DNA of 64,000 nucleotides, taken from a virus (taxonomy: Duplodnaviria; Caudoviricetes). The stretch covers positions 1 through 64,000 of the IMG/VR virus record IMGVR_UViG_3300028887_000100; one strand, 5' to 3'. The translations under genes and the position numbers were made by a program. Under the pieces are notes generated by a model. The model was not told the origin of the DNA, ran no database searches, and worked only from the letters and a program-made list of their open reading frames with translations. This document shows, piece after piece, positions 45,397 to 56,071 of the stretch (position 1 is the first letter of the stretch; the number at the start of each line of letters is the position of its first letter).

Positions 45397-45941
45397 TTTC
45401 TGTCCTCAAGATTCTTCTCATGAATCTTGATAAATGCTTCACGAACATATCCATCTTTACCCTGTACCCAATGTACTTCTCTATCTAACACTTTAGAGCC
45501 GTTTGTTATCTTAGCGAATCCAGCACAATGTTGCCAATCTTCGGGATTTTTACCGCTCTCTGGATATCTCTTTGCGTACTTCTCTGCATCTCTGAATACT
45601 TTGGAACAACCTTTACCCGCAAATACATAAGCACCTGTAATACTTGTGCCTTCTTTAAATCTAAACCGCTCTTTTGTCTTGAGATGCAAGACGTCAGAAA
45701 ACTTGTTAGCATCTTTGGCAGGTATATCGCTGAGACGTAAACGCTTAGGCGGTTCTTGTTTATTTCTCTTATCTGCTTCAGCTTTACTCTTTGACATCTG
45801 ACTGTTTTTTCTTCTGTCATCTTCCATCATCTTGGTAAATCTGCCAACAGCGTCATCTTTTGACTCGCCCTCATATATTGGTACATGATGTCCGTTGACT
45901 GTTATCCACTCTGTTATGTTTTTCATGTCATCGTTCCTCAA
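45393..45941 (-). CDS. WIT-leader protein with putative nuclease-like toxin domain
   Basis: WITVNGHHVPI; FAGKG...RDA...EDWQH..G...REVHW. Confidence 0.65.
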   Translation of the reverse strand: MRNDDMKNITEWITVNGHHVPIYEGESKDDAVGRFTKMMEDDRRKNSQMSKSKAEADKRNKQEPPKRLRLSDIPAKDANKFSDVLHLKTKERFRFKEGTSITGAYVFAGKGCSKVFRDAEKYAKRYPESGKNPEDWQHCAGFAKITNGSKVLDREVHWVQGKDGYVREAFIKIHEKNLEDRK

Positions 45942-46260
45942 TCTTAACTAAGCTATAATCAATGTTTTTCCTCTTCTTGATTATTTCCCATTCTGCATTA
46001 TCTGTTGGTATTTCCTGACCTTGAATGTAACACCAGATATCACGTAAAAAGAATACTATCTGAATCATTGATGTGGACTCAAAAAGCTTCTCTTTCTTGT
46101 GCTTAGTCTCAGTATCTAACGATTGACAGATTTTGTATATAGTGATTGGTCGATTTTGGTCTTTACTGAAAAACTGCGATTTCTCATAGAGGATTCTTCC
46201 TCCACTTTGATTTATCGCGTTTTGTAGCTTGTGTATCATCACACGATTAGAAGCAGGCAT
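45928..46260 (-). CDS. Hypothetical phage protein
   Basis: 110-aa ORF with RBS, first gene after promoter 46300-46328. Confidence 0.65.
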   Translation of the reverse strand: MPASNRVMIHKLQNAINQSGGRILYEKSQFFSKDQNRPITIYKICQSLDTETKHKKEKLFESTSMIQIVFFLRDIWCYIQGQEIPTDNAEWEIIKKRKNIDYSLVKIEER

Positions 46261-46299
46261 ATCTCACCTCCTGCAAAAACCTATACTCATCTACAATTC

Positions 46300-46328
46300 A
46301 TTATATAACAAAATCAAGAAAAAGTAAA
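46300..46328 (-). promoter_or_regulatory. Sigma-70/SigA-like promoter TTTACT-N17-TATAAT heading the packaging operon
   Basis: Canonical spacing. Confidence 0.55.
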
Positions 46329-46469
46329 CAACTTTTTTTGTCGCTTACTCTTTTTTATTTTCTCCCAACATATCTTGCCATATCCTCGCTGTCTATATTC
46401 AAGCTTTTTCAACTTTTTACCACATCGCTTACAGACTTTATACAGCTCCACTCTTGATATCTCTATCAT
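46314..46469 (-). CDS. 51-aa DUF6011-like zinc finger (missing from ORF track)
   Basis: CKRCGKKL...RGYGKICW; GAGGTG RBS. Confidence 0.65.
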   Translation of the reverse strand: MIEISRVELYKVCKRCGKKLKKLEYRQRGYGKICWEKIKKSKRQKKLFTFS

Positions 46470-46478
46470 GATATCACC

Positions 46479-46961
46479 TCACTCATAACAGAATAATTCT
46501 GGTTTATCTCCTTTTACTTTGATGGTCAAATATACACTTGAACCGTTTTTACCTTGTCCTTGATATACTACATTTTTTGGACATACCCATTTAGTTCCAT
46601 ATATCAGTAGGTATTTTGCTAATAACACTGTTCGTTCTTTTGCTTGCCGTGTTTTAAATCCTTTACGTGTTACACTTGCATACTGACCTTTTGCAAGTAT
46701 GACTTTCTCTATTGTATCACCACTCCATCTTGGTGAATTTACTCGGTTTATTACAACTGCACCTGTCAATAGTAATCGTATCATATCTTGCAACTCACTA
46801 TAACCACCAGGATTTTCATTCTCTATCGCCATAGTTCCTGATAAGTGTTGAAGTGCTGTAGCATTTACATCTCCTAATTGTGATGGTGAAGTTATCACGC
46901 CTTTAAGTATCAGCACTAAGACTATAGGTGCTATACACTGCATCCGTATATAGTTTATCAT
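46479..46961 (-). CDS. Cell wall hydrolase (SleB-like)
   Basis: GAVVINRVNSPRW...TIEKVI...GQY. Confidence 0.8.
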   Translation of the reverse strand: MINYIRMQCIAPIVLVLILKGVITSPSQLGDVNATALQHLSGTMAIENENPGGYSELQDMIRLLLTGAVVINRVNSPRWSGDTIEKVILAKGQYASVTRKGFKTRQAKERTVLLAKYLLIYGTKWVCPKNVVYQGQGKNGSSVYLTIKVKGDKPELFCYE

Positions 46962-46970
46962 GTATTCTCC

Positions 46971-47213
46971 TCATGCTGTTATTGTTTGCTTTGTGCTTAT
47001 GCCTAACAAATAGTCTGTGCTGATATTCAGCACCACTGCTAATCTTGCTAATACTAAAGCACTTGGTGTTATCATATCGTAACGATACTGCCAAAGCATG
47101 TGTCTTGATATTTTAGCTCGGTTACATATTTCTGTTAATGTTAAAGGACATTCATTTATTGCCCGTTCAAGTTTCTCATGTAGTCCCTGCACTATTGTTA
47201 TACTTTTAGCCAT
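46971..47213 (-). CDS. XRE-family helix-turn-helix regulator
   Basis: LARLAVVLNISTDYLLG. Confidence 0.85.
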   Translation of the reverse strand: MAKSITIVQGLHEKLERAINECPLTLTEICNRAKISRHMLWQYRYDMITPSALVLARLAVVLNISTDYLLGISTKQTITA

Positions 47214-50200
47214 TCTTAATCTCCTTATCTTTCGCCCAATGCCGACACCAACCTGTCATAACCTCGGTGTAGCCTAAATATCTATCATTATCAATATCGC
47301 AAAGGCAAATAGTACCACCGTTATGTATATCCTTTTTTCTTACGTTATGCCGACAATTACAACAAACCTTTCCGTTTTCCACGCTCATTCCTGTACCTCC
47401 ATCTTGCTACCGCAGTTAGGGCAATATTTGCTTTTAATTGCGTGTTTTGGTGAATTACCACATTCAGAACATCTTAAAACAATACAAACACTTCTCTTAT
47501 TCAGTATCTTTATCCATTTTCCTGTCTTTTCCTTTGGTGTGACGGAGGGTAAATGAAGAATGTCTCGCATTATAGTTGCGGTACTTCTTCCTCTTGACAT
47601 ACACAATCTTTCATCACTTATTGCCCTTGCCAATTCATCAACTAAATCATTAACCGCCTGTCTGCTTATGGCATCCTCACAAGACTGTTGCTCTAATATT
47701 TCAGATATTGCTTCAAGATTTTCTATAATCTCTCCTAAGTTTCCGGCTTCGTATTGAGTAGGGCAATTTTCATCACATACTTTGCCACTTACTTCACATT
47801 TCATACAAGTGATTAAATGCTTTAGTTTTTTGTTTCTTTCTTCATTCGTCATTCACTCACCTCCTTGTCTGCCTCGACTACGCAAGGGAATCTTGCTATT
47901 ACATTACAATCAACATATTTATGTCCCTCTATCTGATTTTGGCAGTAATCCATAAGTTGACCTGCATCTAACAAAGCGTCATGCCCTTTAGGAAGTACAG
48001 TGCCATTTGCGATACTGCGATAAATATAATCTTCTAAAGAACTTATTTTAATTTCTGTACGTTTACAGTATCTCTTAATTCCTTCTATTTCTCGTTTCGG
48101 AATCCTAATCACAACCTCAACTGTTTCCATCTGTATCACCTGCCTCAAAATATTCTTTTACTATCTCTATTGCTTTACCGAAACCGATTGCTTCAAGCCA
48201 ATGCAGTTTTTTAACATTTCTTTCATATTCAGCATTAAGCCTTTGGATTAATTCATCCGTAGATTTAAGTGGACAATGTTCGGATTTAAAATTAGGTTCA
48301 CTCTCTAATTTTTTTGTATTGAACCATGATTCCGTTAAATATCCATCCTCGTTCATAGGGCATAATTGATAGTGGTCTTTATAATAGCCTGTATCGTCAG
48401 AAGGGAAATATATAACTTTTCGTTTCGGACAATGTATGCAATTTTCCGGCATTTCCATACCTGTTAATATCACACTCATTCTGTATCACCTGCCTCTGTA
48501 TAACTGTATATGCTCTCAATTTCGTAGCTGTTGGAACAACAATCTGGATATAACCCTGTACACAATTCTGTTAAATACTCATTAGCCATTTTCTCCGCTT
48601 CTTCCTTTGTGTCGCATAAAAATGATGTTTTAATCTCTATAGTTGCTTCAACTTTCCATTCTTTATCAAAGCTCATTCCTTACCTCACGTTCTGTCTTGT
48701 ACTTGTCAATTACGTCAAGACACCAACATAATGCTTTTGCTCTATCTATATTTGAATTTTGATTGATTTTTGTGTGCTCCTCAATCTCTGCCCTTATCTT
48801 ATCCAATGTTTCTTTCAACCTTTTAATCTCTTTTAATGCATCAAGATAACTCATGGATTCGTCTGTCATTCTGTATCACCTGCTTCGTCGGTTTTCAACA
48901 TCATTGCTTGACATATACAGCATTTTTCCTTTGGTTTATCCTCGATATTACCACATTCAGAACATTTATATACTATTTTATCTTTTATAACTAATTTATC
49001 CCAGCGTCCTAAACGTGTTCTCATTTTATCTCTCTCCATAGTTTTAAACAATCAGGATTCACATAGTTACCTCTAACTGGAATTCCCATAAATCCTAATT
49101 CTAACAACTCACTTAAAATATTATGATTCTCGGGCAGTAGTGCTCCAACAACGCTTCTGCCCATTTCCCATTCGTAGTTACCTTCCTGATGTACCAGCTC
49201 ATCATACAATTTTGAATCTGCTACAAGTGCTTTGCACTTAGTTATAATATCTTCAGCCTTCATCATTGTCCTCCTTCATACCCATAAGCTTCTGCATGAA
49301 CTCTGAAAAACTCATAGGTTCATCCTTTGTGAAATCTGCCGACTTGATATCCTCTTTATCATGCTCCTCATTAAGTTCTCTGTCAGCATCAGCAAGCGCA
49401 AAACTCAACAGCTTAATAAGTCTGCTCTGTATAGCCTCCTGTAATACAGGTAAAGATACAAATGGTATTGATGCTTTAGCATTCTTAATTGACTGCTTAT
49501 AAACACCACCAACTGCTGTTGCTACTGCTTCAAACATCTCTTTGGTTGTTCCTTCTGCTTCAATCATTACTCCATCTTTGTCTGCTTTAATATTCAACAT
49601 GTTAAATTAACCTCCTCTTGTGTAAGCGCGTATTTTGCGTTTTAAGCGTCTTTTGTGTCTCAGTAGTATATTTTATCGTCTGAGATATGAAATCGTCATT
49701 TCCAAGCGTTCTGATGCGTTCTATGATATCTTCATCAAGATTTATCCCGCTGTTTTCAAAATCATAAATGATTGGTATCTTATTCTGCATCAAGAAGTTG
49801 TACAGTCTGGTAGGTATCACCAGACTGCTACCTCTCTTTTCAAGTTTATATATCATGACTTCTCCCAAAGCTGAAATACTGTAAATCCATCGTATTCAAA
49901 CGACATACGTCCCATATCGTCATAAACGTTAGGCTCATATGTTATGGTCTTGCCAAGATAAAAAGCTAAAGTCTCAAGATTGTTATTTCCGTTGTTGTAA
50001 ATGTGTATTGACTTTTCTAATCCAGCAATCGTTATTCCAAACTCGTTGTAATTCTTGTTTCCGTAATGTAGTAAAGCTTTCTGGTGCTTTACTACATTAT
50101 CAAGCCAATTTTTTGCACCAACTCTCTTACTCTCAAACTCTGCACTAATCATACCTCTTCCTCCTTTGTAATCGCTGACTTTATTATCCAACCTTCCCAC
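47206..50200 (-). CDS. Cluster of ten overlapping small hypothetical genes, several with Cys-rich zinc ribbons
   Basis: ORFs 47206-47388, 47385-47852, 47849-48148, 48117-48479, 48476-48676, 48666-48869, 48866-49051, 49021-49266, 49253-49600, 49602-49868 and 49853-50200 region, tightly coupled. Confidence 0.6.
48131..48886 (-). repeat. Three copies of GA(G/A)GCAGGTGATACAG at gene junctions
   Basis: 48131-48146, 48481-48496, 48871-48886; encodes EAGDT(E/D) and the next RBS. Confidence 0.8.
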
Positions 50201-50715
50201 TTTACATCAACAAGCTTTTCGCTGATGCCATCAACATCATTTATATCAAGATTGATTCCTATCTTGCTAAGACAGATAGGACCGATTCCGTACTTTCTTG
50301 ATATTGGGTTAGTAAGCTCTTTGCCACAACAGCAACAAGTAATTGTAGGCTTAGCTAATCCATGAAGCTTCATGTAAACCATACCTCGCGTCTCTTTCTC
50401 TTTTGTACCTGTCATTATTCGCATGGGCATGGGATTATTATTGTTCCACTTAGCCATGAAGTCAAAAAGCGGGGTTGCTGTCTCTGTCATGTACTTCTTA
50501 ACAGTTATCTGAATCTCTCCAAGCTTTGGACTAATGCTCTGTATGCTCTGTGATGCATCAGAATCGATTTTAAGCACTGTTTCCTTCTTCGGTGATAACT
50601 TTATATGTATCGGGCCCTTAGACGTCTTAAAAGCTGAAATTGCGCTTTCTATGCTGTCATAGTTTTCTCCGTTGACTACTACCGAACCTTTCCAATTCTT
50701 TAATGCTGTAATCAT
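50149..50715 (-). CDS. Protein with DUF6011-like zinc finger
   Basis: CCCCGKELTNPISRKYGIGPIC. Confidence 0.7.
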   Translation of the reverse strand: MITALKNWKGSVVVNGENYDSIESAISAFKTSKGPIHIKLSPKKETVLKIDSDASQSIQSISPKLGEIQITVKKYMTETATPLFDFMAKWNNNNPMPMRIMTGTKEKETRGMVYMKLHGLAKPTITCCCCGKELTNPISRKYGIGPICLSKIGINLDINDVDGISEKLVDVKWEGWIIKSAITKEEEV

Positions 50716-50730
50716 GCAATCACCTCCGCA

Positions 50731-51785
50731 TCAAACAAGCTCTGTCATCTTTGTATCGCTCTTTGTATCGTACACGATGTAGGTCTTTCCATCTATCGTG
50801 TAGCTGTACATCGTGCTGAATAAGTACCCGTTCCTGCTGACAACTCGTAAGTCATCATTGTAGCCAGCTGTCTCTTTTGCTCTTTTCTCAATCGCTTTCC
50901 AGATGCTGACTTTCTTTGCTGAAGGCTTACCGTATGCATCGTAAATACTGCCTTTGTTGCTCCACTTCTTATCGTTGAAAATCGCATTGATGCTCTCAGC
51001 TTCTTTTGTCCATTTTTTAATCTCTCTCATAGTGTTTTCTCCTTTCGATGTCTTAGAATCTCGATGCTATGTAGTATCCAACAATCTTTACTGCGTTTTC
51101 CCACGGATAATCAATCTTGCTTTCACACATCTCAATATATTCCTCGGTAAACTCATCACGAATGAAAAGCACATATCCGAAATACTCATCTCTGTCCTGC
51201 TTGATTGATATCGGCGTTGTTTCGTAATCGCGCATCTTTATCCAAATCTCATTGTTATTGACCTTCTCGATAATGATGTCTTTCTTGGTAAAACCGCTTT
51301 GCTCGTCTTTAAACTTCTTAGCTAATGCGCTCTTGATTTTTTCGATGTTCATAGGCTCGCTCCTTTCAAGCTATTGCTGACTTAGGAATCCATACTTTGT
51401 AACCAGTGTACTCAGTAAAATTGACTCTCTGACTGTATGTTCCGTGATACCAATAACAGCAATCATAACAAATTGCCTTTTCTGTCTCTTTCACAACACT
51501 ATTAACCTTAATGCTGAAAAGCTCGATTTCCTCACCTTTATCATCGTAATCAAGAAGCTTTTCCCAAATAATTGTCTTACCTTTTGTAAATGCATCGCTC
51601 TGAATCTTCTTGTATATCCAATCTTTAATCTTAATTGTCATATCTCATCCCTCCTGCATCTCATTAAGCTTTTTATCTGCATTCTCAAGAACCATCTTTA
51701 CAAACTCAACCATCTTCCAAGCTTCCTGCTCTGTCAAATCTTTACCAGTATTTTCTTTCCAAATCTTGTTTAATTCATTCATCAT
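50731..51785 (-). CDS. Four small early genes
   Basis: 50731-51030, 51053-51352, 51366-51641, 51645-51785, downstream of a consensus promoter. Confidence 0.6.
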
Positions 51786-51833
51786 ATCTCGTACCTCGTT
51801 CTTTCTTGTGTCGTATCTCTCAATCACAATAAC

Positions 51834-51862
51834 ATTATATAACACGTTTAATCATTTGTCAA
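51834..51862 (-). promoter_or_regulatory. Consensus promoter TTGACA-N17-TATAAT
   Basis: Perfect hexamers, A-rich UP element; spacer contains AAACGTGTT. Confidence 0.85.
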
Positions 51863-51903
51863 CACTTTTTTGAAAAATTTTTGGTTAATTTTAAATTTCT
51901 TAC

Positions 51904-51941
51904 AAAAAAGAAAGGAAGTCGTTGTTTCTAACGACTTCCTC
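51904..51941 (-). terminator. Intrinsic terminator after recA
   Basis: GGAAGTCGTT-AGAAAC-AACGACTTCC-TTTCTTTTTT. Confidence 0.8.
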
Positions 51942-52015
51942 TCCCGGGTAAAGATAAAAATGTGTATGGGGTTACACTATGAAGTAAAAATGTCTGTTGA
52001 CGTATTAACAGTATA

Positions 52016-53065
52016 TCAATTTATACTTGCGTTGTCAAGCGCAATATTCATAGCATGGTCTACCAGCTCTTCTACGTACTTTAAAAGATTATCATCACAG
52101 CTCAAAGCGTCTTTAACCTTACTCATTCCCTGCAATTTATCGTTAATGACTTCTCCGCTCTCGATATCAACAATCTTATACCACGCTCCAGACTTCTCGA
52201 CAATATTGTATTTTATAGCCACATCAATAAGGTCGTGTATATAATCAATTCCGTCTGAATATGTCAGCGTATAAAATCCTGTTCTACGCGATGGCGGACA
52301 TGATTTCGTCTTTGTAATACTCATCAGCACGATATTTCCATACGGGTTCTCTGCACCTCGTGTAAGTTCATTTCCTTTATCATCAATGTATTTACCTTTG
52401 CTGAAGTGTAAGCGCATAGTACACATGAACTTCCAGCACTTACCGCCGGGTGTTTTCATACCACCCCACTGACTCTTTAAGTCCTCGCGCTCTTGATTGA
52501 TGCCTATCAATGTGCAATGATATTTATGGCAAGCTGTCTCAGCTTTCTTGCTAAACTTTGTCAGTGGTCCTGCAATACCTGCATATGTAGCATCTCCAAT
52601 CTCTTTTTCAATCTCTTGTGCTGACATCAAAGCGGCCAAACTGTCAATTATGACTAATCCTACTTCCTCACTCTCTATCATCACAAGAATCATCTGGAAA
52701 AGCTCTTCAGCTGATTGGGATTTTGGCTGTATGATATACAGTCTGTCTACATCAACACCAAGCTTTCTTGCCCACTCTACATCAAATGTGTTCTCAGAAT
52801 CTACCCACAGCACATCTTTGTCAGGATACATGTTCTGAAAGTTTGCTACAATGTCCAAAGCTGATGTAGTCTTGCCTCCGCTTTCTTCGCCGTAAAACTC
52901 AATCAGTCTGCCTTCAGGTATACCACCATATGTGCAATAATTCATTCTTGGACTCGTAAACGGAATGCGCTTAAACTGCTCATAATTAGTGAGTCCCCTG
53001 GTCATGATTTCTTCTTTTTGCTCTTTGTTAATACTCTTTATAAGCTCATCAAGCTTTTTTCCCAT
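52016..53065 (-). CDS. recA: RecA/UvsX-like recombinase
   Basis: YGEESGGKTT Walker A, VIIDSLAAL, INQERE, TPGG. Confidence 0.95.
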   Translation of the reverse strand: MGKKLDELIKSINKEQKEEIMTRGLTNYEQFKRIPFTSPRMNYCTYGGIPEGRLIEFYGEESGGKTTSALDIVANFQNMYPDKDVLWVDSENTFDVEWARKLGVDVDRLYIIQPKSQSAEELFQMILVMIESEEVGLVIIDSLAALMSAQEIEKEIGDATYAGIAGPLTKFSKKAETACHKYHCTLIGINQEREDLKSQWGGMKTPGGKCWKFMCTMRLHFSKGKYIDDKGNELTRGAENPYGNIVLMSITKTKSCPPSRRTGFYTLTYSDGIDYIHDLIDVAIKYNIVEKSGAWYKIVDIESGEVINDKLQGMSKVKDALSCDDNLLKYVEELVDHAMNIALDNASIN

Positions 53066-53252
53066 AGATTTCCTCCCGTGATTTTTCTGTAACCCAGCCA
53101 TTTTTAATCCATGCTGTAGGAACACAGAATTGATAATTTTCTTTGTACATCGGATGATTAGGTAAGTATTTTGACCTTATTCTACCTATCTTATTTCCAG
53201 CATCTGTAGGAACAAAACTATATCCGCCCTTTGCGTGTGTATAACTTACCAT
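53049..53252 (-). CDS. Small hypothetical protein
   Basis: 67-aa ORF coupled to both neighbours. Confidence 0.5.
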   Translation of the reverse strand: MVSYTHAKGGYSFVPTDAGNKIGRIRSKYLPNHPMYKENYQFCVPTAWIKNGWVTEKSREEIYGKKA

Positions 53253-53782
53253 CAGTTTCCTCCCATTCTCGTAAGTTCCATCTCTGTCATACGTCTTGTA
53301 AGAACCTTTTTACAGCTCTGTAAAAGCTCTTGCGCGTTCTCCACTTTTGCCTTCATTGTTTTCCACGCTCTTGTATAGCATATGCTCGTTAATAGCTCTT
53401 GCTGACTGTTAAGCTCGGCAATGCTGTCTTTATCAGCTACAGTGCCTTTGTCTTGCGATGCTCTTGTGGCATGATACATCTCCTTATATACAGCTCTTGC
53501 GATATCATCTCTGATTCCAAGCTGTTCTACCATACCTCCTGCAAAGTAGATGTATGTTGAAAGATTCATGCAAAAATCATCCAGCTCCGCATCTGTAGGT
53601 GGATTTTGTCCATCTGCAAGACAATCCTTGATAAAAAGCACATAATCATCTAAATCCTTACAATAGGGTTGAATTATACTGTTTACAATGTCATTAAGTT
53701 GCTTAGAACTGTTTTCAACATGAAGTTGTATATCCTTCACCTTGTCCAATTTAATCTCATCATAGAGATTTATTTTTGACAT
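53252..53782 (-). CDS. UvsY-like recombination mediator (helical)
   Basis: Long helical protein beside RecA; assignment by position and pattern. Confidence 0.45.
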   Translation of the reverse strand: MSKINLYDEIKLDKVKDIQLHVENSSKQLNDIVNSIIQPYCKDLDDYVLFIKDCLADGQNPPTDAELDDFCMNLSTYIYFAGGMVEQLGIRDDIARAVYKEMYHATRASQDKGTVADKDSIAELNSQQELLTSICYTRAWKTMKAKVENAQELLQSCKKVLTRRMTEMELTRMGGN

Positions 53783-54324
53783 GTAGTAGTCACCTCCTTT
53801 AAAAATTGTTCCACATCATACTCAAAAAATACACGTTTCTTTTTCCCAGATATCTCAATGGCACTTCGATTCAAGTATAGGTCAATCGTTGGTGCCTGTT
53901 CAATGAGATTGTATGGAATACTCTTAAATCCAGAATCATACAGATACTTTAACAAGTGAATGCTCAAAAACATTGTAACATCTTTGTCAACCCACCAACA
54001 TATAACTCCTGCTGTAACTCCCACTATCTTTGACTTCTCAAGCAACCCTTCCCACTGTGTATCTGTGATATTTCCATAAAAGCCATGCAACACACCATGT
54101 TTATCTGCTTTCGGAATACTGTGAATGCTCAAAGTGTTTCCATGTACACTCTTACACTCAAAGTAATACTCGAACGGCTTTCGGTACACGATAAAATCAC
54201 AGATATTTGAACTTCCCAGGTAACCATTTGTCTGGTCATGTAGTCTATCAATGCTGACTCCGTCAACTTTCTCAAATGCTTCTCTGATTTTGCTTTCAAA
54301 CTGCTTGCCCCTGTTTACTGCCAT
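53770..54324 (-). CDS. recU: Holliday junction resolvase RecU-like
   Basis: NRGKQFE...CDFIVY...YFECKS. Confidence 0.8.
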   Translation of the reverse strand: MAVNRGKQFESKIREAFEKVDGVSIDRLHDQTNGYLGSSNICDFIVYRKPFEYYFECKSVHGNTLSIHSIPKADKHGVLHGFYGNITDTQWEGLLEKSKIVGVTAGVICWWVDKDVTMFLSIHLLKYLYDSGFKSIPYNLIEQAPTIDLYLNRSAIEISGKKKRVFFEYDVEQFLKEVTTTCQK

Positions 54325-55127
54325 TATCCGTCCTTTCTGCACTGTGTTTTAAATCCACAATACTCACAAGCTTTCTTGCTGATATTCAAAGGCTTAGGCG
54401 GTATTTTAAGCTTCTTGATATAGCTGTCACAGTTTGAAATCAAGCCAACAAGGTCCTGCTTCATATCATCAGTTGGCGTAAACATAAACGACTTCATATC
54501 CGATGTATCTCTGTTGATATAAACAAAGACAACATCATCGATTCCCAACGCGATTGAATAAGCTATTCCTTGATTGAAGTGGTCAGGATTCACACTCTCG
54601 CGGTTATAGAACTTGTTCGCGTTCTCTGTTTTCAGCTCAAGTATATAATACTTACCCATATACTTGATTATACCATCACATAAAAAGCTCATGTTAAGCT
54701 CTTTGTGATAAAGCTTTGTCTCGTATGAACCATGCTCAAAATCCGGCTCCTGTTTAATTTCCAAATAATCAAGATTTCTGCTTTTCACAAAGTCGGCAAC
54801 ATTGATATACTCACAGTCCATGCCATTACTTTTCATATCAAGCACTGCCTGCTGTATTCTTTGATGTGTATCTGTTCCAGAATTGCATATTCCTATACTC
54901 ATATAAGATTCAGGCGTTTCATCTACAGGCTTTCCATAAATGATATAAGCCATCTGTCGTATGCAATGCATCGCGCTCGGCTTATATGTTCTACTGCCCG
55001 AACCTCTGTTTTTACTTGCTGTAAGCTCTATGCTACGCTTTAAGTCCTGCAAGAATGCTTTTTCTATTGGCATCTGCTCCGTAGCTTTGTTTACAAGCTT
55101 TACAAGATTTTTTAAATTTCTTGCCAT
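54324..55127 (-). CDS. Cas4-like PD-(D/E)xK exonuclease
   Basis: PSAMHC...GTDTH...CDGII...ELKT...Q..AY...CEYCGFKTQC. Confidence 0.85.
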   Translation of the reverse strand: MARNLKNLVKLVNKATEQMPIEKAFLQDLKRSIELTASKNRGSGSRTYKPSAMHCIRQMAYIIYGKPVDETPESYMSIGICNSGTDTHQRIQQAVLDMKSNGMDCEYINVADFVKSRNLDYLEIKQEPDFEHGSYETKLYHKELNMSFLCDGIIKYMGKYYILELKTENANKFYNRESVNPDHFNQGIAYSIALGIDDVVFVYINRDTSDMKSFMFTPTDDMKQDLVGLISNCDSYIKKLKIPPKPLNISKKACEYCGFKTQCRKDG

Positions 55128-55135
55128 ATATCACC

Positions 55136-56071
55136 TCATAAAATATTTACTAAAATCTGTGGTACTGCTACCTCTTCATCAATCAATCCTGACTTTATAC
55201 CAACCTCTGCATTGCGTATAATCTGCATTGCATTGATTAGCTCTTTGACAGAATAATTGCCTATGTGTTTTTTAGCGTTGTTTATCTGCCAAGTGTTTAA
55301 TCCTGTACTCTTTGCGATGTCTCGACTTTTGCACGATTTTACCTGCAATGTCGCTTTAAAGTTGCTGTATAGATTCGATATCATCACCAACGTAGCTTCA
55401 CCGCTGTCATAGCTTTCCTGCATCAGCTTAAATGCCGTATAGGCATCTCTCTGCATTACAGCATCTACAAAATCAAAGATAACATCTTTGGCGGGCTGAT
55501 ATATCGTTCCATCTTGAAGTAATGATATAAAAGACTGGTCGTATAATCGCTCTGTGACTATATGAAATCTCTTTATCTTATCAATCTCCAAAAGACATCT
55601 ACCATAATCGTTTTCACATATCTCCATCAATCTCGTACAGTTTTTATCTGACAGACCGATTTCCTTTTGTATGTACTTCTTCAGGATTTCGCTTTTAAGC
55701 GTCTCAAATTCTACGATGATATCTTTATACTGCTTGTACAGTTTAACGCGCTTATCAAGCGTTGTAAACATGCACACAAGCATATTTTTTCCTATGCATC
55801 TCTGCACTGCTTCAAGTGCTTTATCATTTTTCAAAATCTCTGATGATTCAGACAGAACATATAATGATTTTGAAGCTATCATGGATTTCTTTCTGCTTGA
55901 CTGTATTATGTCTGAAACTTCATCAATCCATTTGATTTCAAACTTGCCAAGCTTTGCTATCTGCTTTAGATAAATTCCTCTAACTTCAATCTCGGTGCCT
56001 GTAAAAATGTATATCTGACGCATTCTACCTGACATCATTTCAGCTTTCAGCTCTGCAAGTGTCATATACAT
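55136..56071 (-). CDS. holA: DNA polymerase III delta-like clamp loader subunit
   Basis: YIFTGTE, CENDYGRCLLEIDK, IFDFVDAV, AEVGIKSG. Confidence 0.8.
   Translation of the reverse strand: MYMTLAELKAEMMSGRMRQIYIFTGTEIEVRGIYLKQIAKLGKFEIKWIDEVSDIIQSSRKKSMIASKSLYVLSESSEILKNDKALEAVQRCIGKNMLVCMFTTLDKRVKLYKQYKDIIVEFETLKSEILKKYIQKEIGLSDKNCTRLMEICENDYGRCLLEIDKIKRFHIVTERLYDQSFISLLQDGTIYQPAKDVIFDFVDAVMQRDAYTAFKLMQESYDSGEATLVMISNLYSNFKATLQVKSCKSRDIAKSTGLNTWQINNAKKHIGNYSVKELINAMQIIRNAEVGIKSGLIDEEVAVPQILVNIL

Noticed and set aside
54324-55127. Cas4-like gene as part of a CRISPR-Cas system
   Set aside because: No cas1/cas2 and no repeat-spacer array in the window; it sits in a recombination cluster, as stand-alone phage Cas4-like nucleases do
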